Source of the DNA: Squalus acanthias
Lineage: Eukaryota
Assembly: GCA_030390025.1 (NCBI GenBank)
Contig: CM059432.1
Location: 15,440,001 to 15,504,000 of the forward strand
DNA length: 64,000 nt
Direction of reading: 5' to 3'
Shown: positions 62,550 through 64,000 of the stretch, in pieces
Position numbering within the stretch: position 1 is the stretch's first letter
How the letters are laid out: each line of letters begins with the position of its first letter
Notes under the pieces: model-generated
Told to the model about the DNA's origin: nothing
What the model saw: only the letters and a program-made list of their open reading frames with translations
Database searches by the model: none
Program-made: the position numbers and the translations under genes

Positions 62550-63113
62550 GATCTGAACTGTATAAAACACTAGTTAGGCCACAGCTAGAGCGCTGCGTAC
62601 AGTTCTGGTCACCACTTTACAGGAAAGATGTGATTGCACTGGAGAGGGTACAGAGGAAATATATGAGGATGTTGCCAGGACTAGAGAATTTTAGCTATGA
62701 AGAAAGATTGGATAGGCTGGGGTTGTTTTCTTAATTGAGGTGTATAAAATTATGAGGGGCCTAGATTAAGTGGATAGGAAGGACCTATTTCTCTTAGCAG
62801 AGAGGTCAATAACCAGGGGGCATAAATTTAAAGTAATTGGTAGAAGGTTTAGAGGGGAGTTGAGGAGAACTTTTTTCATCCAGAGGGTGGTGGGGGTCTG
62901 GAACTCACTGCCTGAAAGGGTGGTAGAGGCAGAAACCCTCAGTGCATTTAAAAAGTACTTGGATATGCACCTGAAGTGTTGTAACCTACAAGGCTACGGA
63001 CCAAGAGCTGGAAAGTGGGATTAGGCGGGATAGCTCTTTTTCAGCCGGCGTGGACACGATGGGCCGAATGGCCTCCTTCTGTGCTGTAAATTTCTATGAT
63101 TCTGTGATTCTAT
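62550..63113 (+). mobile_element. CR1 3' fragment, flanked by LF-SINE-like pieces (62440-62520, 63120-63255)
   Basis: LYKTLVRPQLE.CVQFWSP..; TRGHKFKV..WNSLPERVVEAE; (TTCTATGA) tail. Confidence 0.88.
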
Positions 63114-63618
63114 GACAGGTGATGGCAGGATCCAGCTCAACTCAGTAGGTTGACACCTGAAGAATGGCCATTTGGGTAATGATCTGGTGCAATGATGGTG
63201 CCGATGAAATCATACCTTGCCAGAGTTGGTGCCTTTAGAAGATGAAGGGGAGCATATTTGTAATGGGGGAAATAGCGACGTATAAAAGCCAACTGGTCTC
63301 ACCTGGGCCAGTGTGTTTTTGGGAGTGGACACATTGGCCCAATGAAACCACAGACTGGGGTTTAACCCCGAAAATACCATAAGGAAAAGGCAGAACAAAA
63401 ATATACAATGGACAAAGGTACAACATACATAGGAAAGGGAATTGAATGCATTTATTGTAATAGCTGTCCCATTAACTTCTTTAAAACGAACATTATTTGA
63501 TCCATTTCACTTGAAATAAGCTCCTGGGAAGCACCCATACCCGGCATAAATTAACAGAAACTGTTGTCTCACAGCTTTTAAGGAAATCAGATAGTTCACC
63601 TGCTTTTTTGTTGTTGTG

Positions 63619-64000
63619 GTGTCAGCTGTGGCTCAGTGGGCAGCACCCTCACCTCTGAGTCAGCAGGTTGTGGGTTCAAGTCCCACTCCAGAGACTTGAG
63701 CACAAAAATCTAGGCTGACACTCCAGTGCAGTGCTGAGGGAGTGCTGCACTGTCGGAGGTGCCGTCTTTCGGATGAGATGTTAAACTGCTCTCTCTCTCA
63801 GGTGAATGTAAAATTTCCCACAGCACTATTTCGAAGAAGAGCAGGGGAGTTAGCCCCGGTGTCCTGGGGCCAATATTTCTCCCTCAATCAACATCACTAA
63901 AACAGATTATCTGGTCATTATCACATTGCTGTTTGTGGGAGCTTTGCTGTGTGTAAATTGGCTGCCGCGTTTCCCACATTACAACAGTGACTACACTTCA
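63619..64000 (+). mobile_element. DeuSINE (SacSINE1-like), runs off the window
   Basis: Box A TGGCTCAGTGG, box B GGTTCAAGTCC, Deu-like core. Confidence 0.85.

Noticed and set aside
63619..63700. tRNA-like sequences (also at 7880, 11340, 14750, 34803, 51180, 59010)
   Set aside because: Box A/B heads of SINEs continuing into SINE bodies; not tRNA genes

Overview
Eukaryotic, repeat-rich genomic DNA, almost certainly from a shark or other cartilaginous fish. The evidence is HE1-type V-SINE, SacSINE1-like DeuSINEs and abundant CR1 LINEs; the species cannot be determined. The only credible host coding exon is on the minus strand at 56074..56002: a 73-nt signal-peptide exon (MKRLLSYVLVGLSLFLRVRGQTFA-G) with a phase-1 GTAAGA donor. 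It resembles exon 1 of a type IIB receptor tyrosine phosphatase, most likely PTPRM. Positions ~1-56001 are therefore probably part of a very long first intron (no exon 2 was seen) and ~56100-64000 is 5'UTR, promoter and upstream DNA. The rest is nested transposon debris: CR1, L2, RTE and a CR1/jockey-group LINE; four to five SINE families; PIF/Harbinger-type MITEs, one carrying a decayed Myb/SANT gene; hAT-like and Tc1/pogo-like MITEs; two solo LTRs; Penelope-type fragments; and three large tandem or low-complexity arrays. The most notable observations are: (1) minimal hammerhead-ribozyme cores in the Penelope-type repeats, one intact and sense to the pre-mRNA and one inside a ~95-bp-arm fold-back; (2) two related solo LTRs 60 kb apart, each with a CTCF-like motif, in convergent orientation around the promoter; (3) a MITE-borne candidate poison exon; (4) a perfect inverted octamer pair. 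Repeat family names come from recalled consensus sequences, not a database search. Most repeat boundaries are approximate unless TSDs are given.
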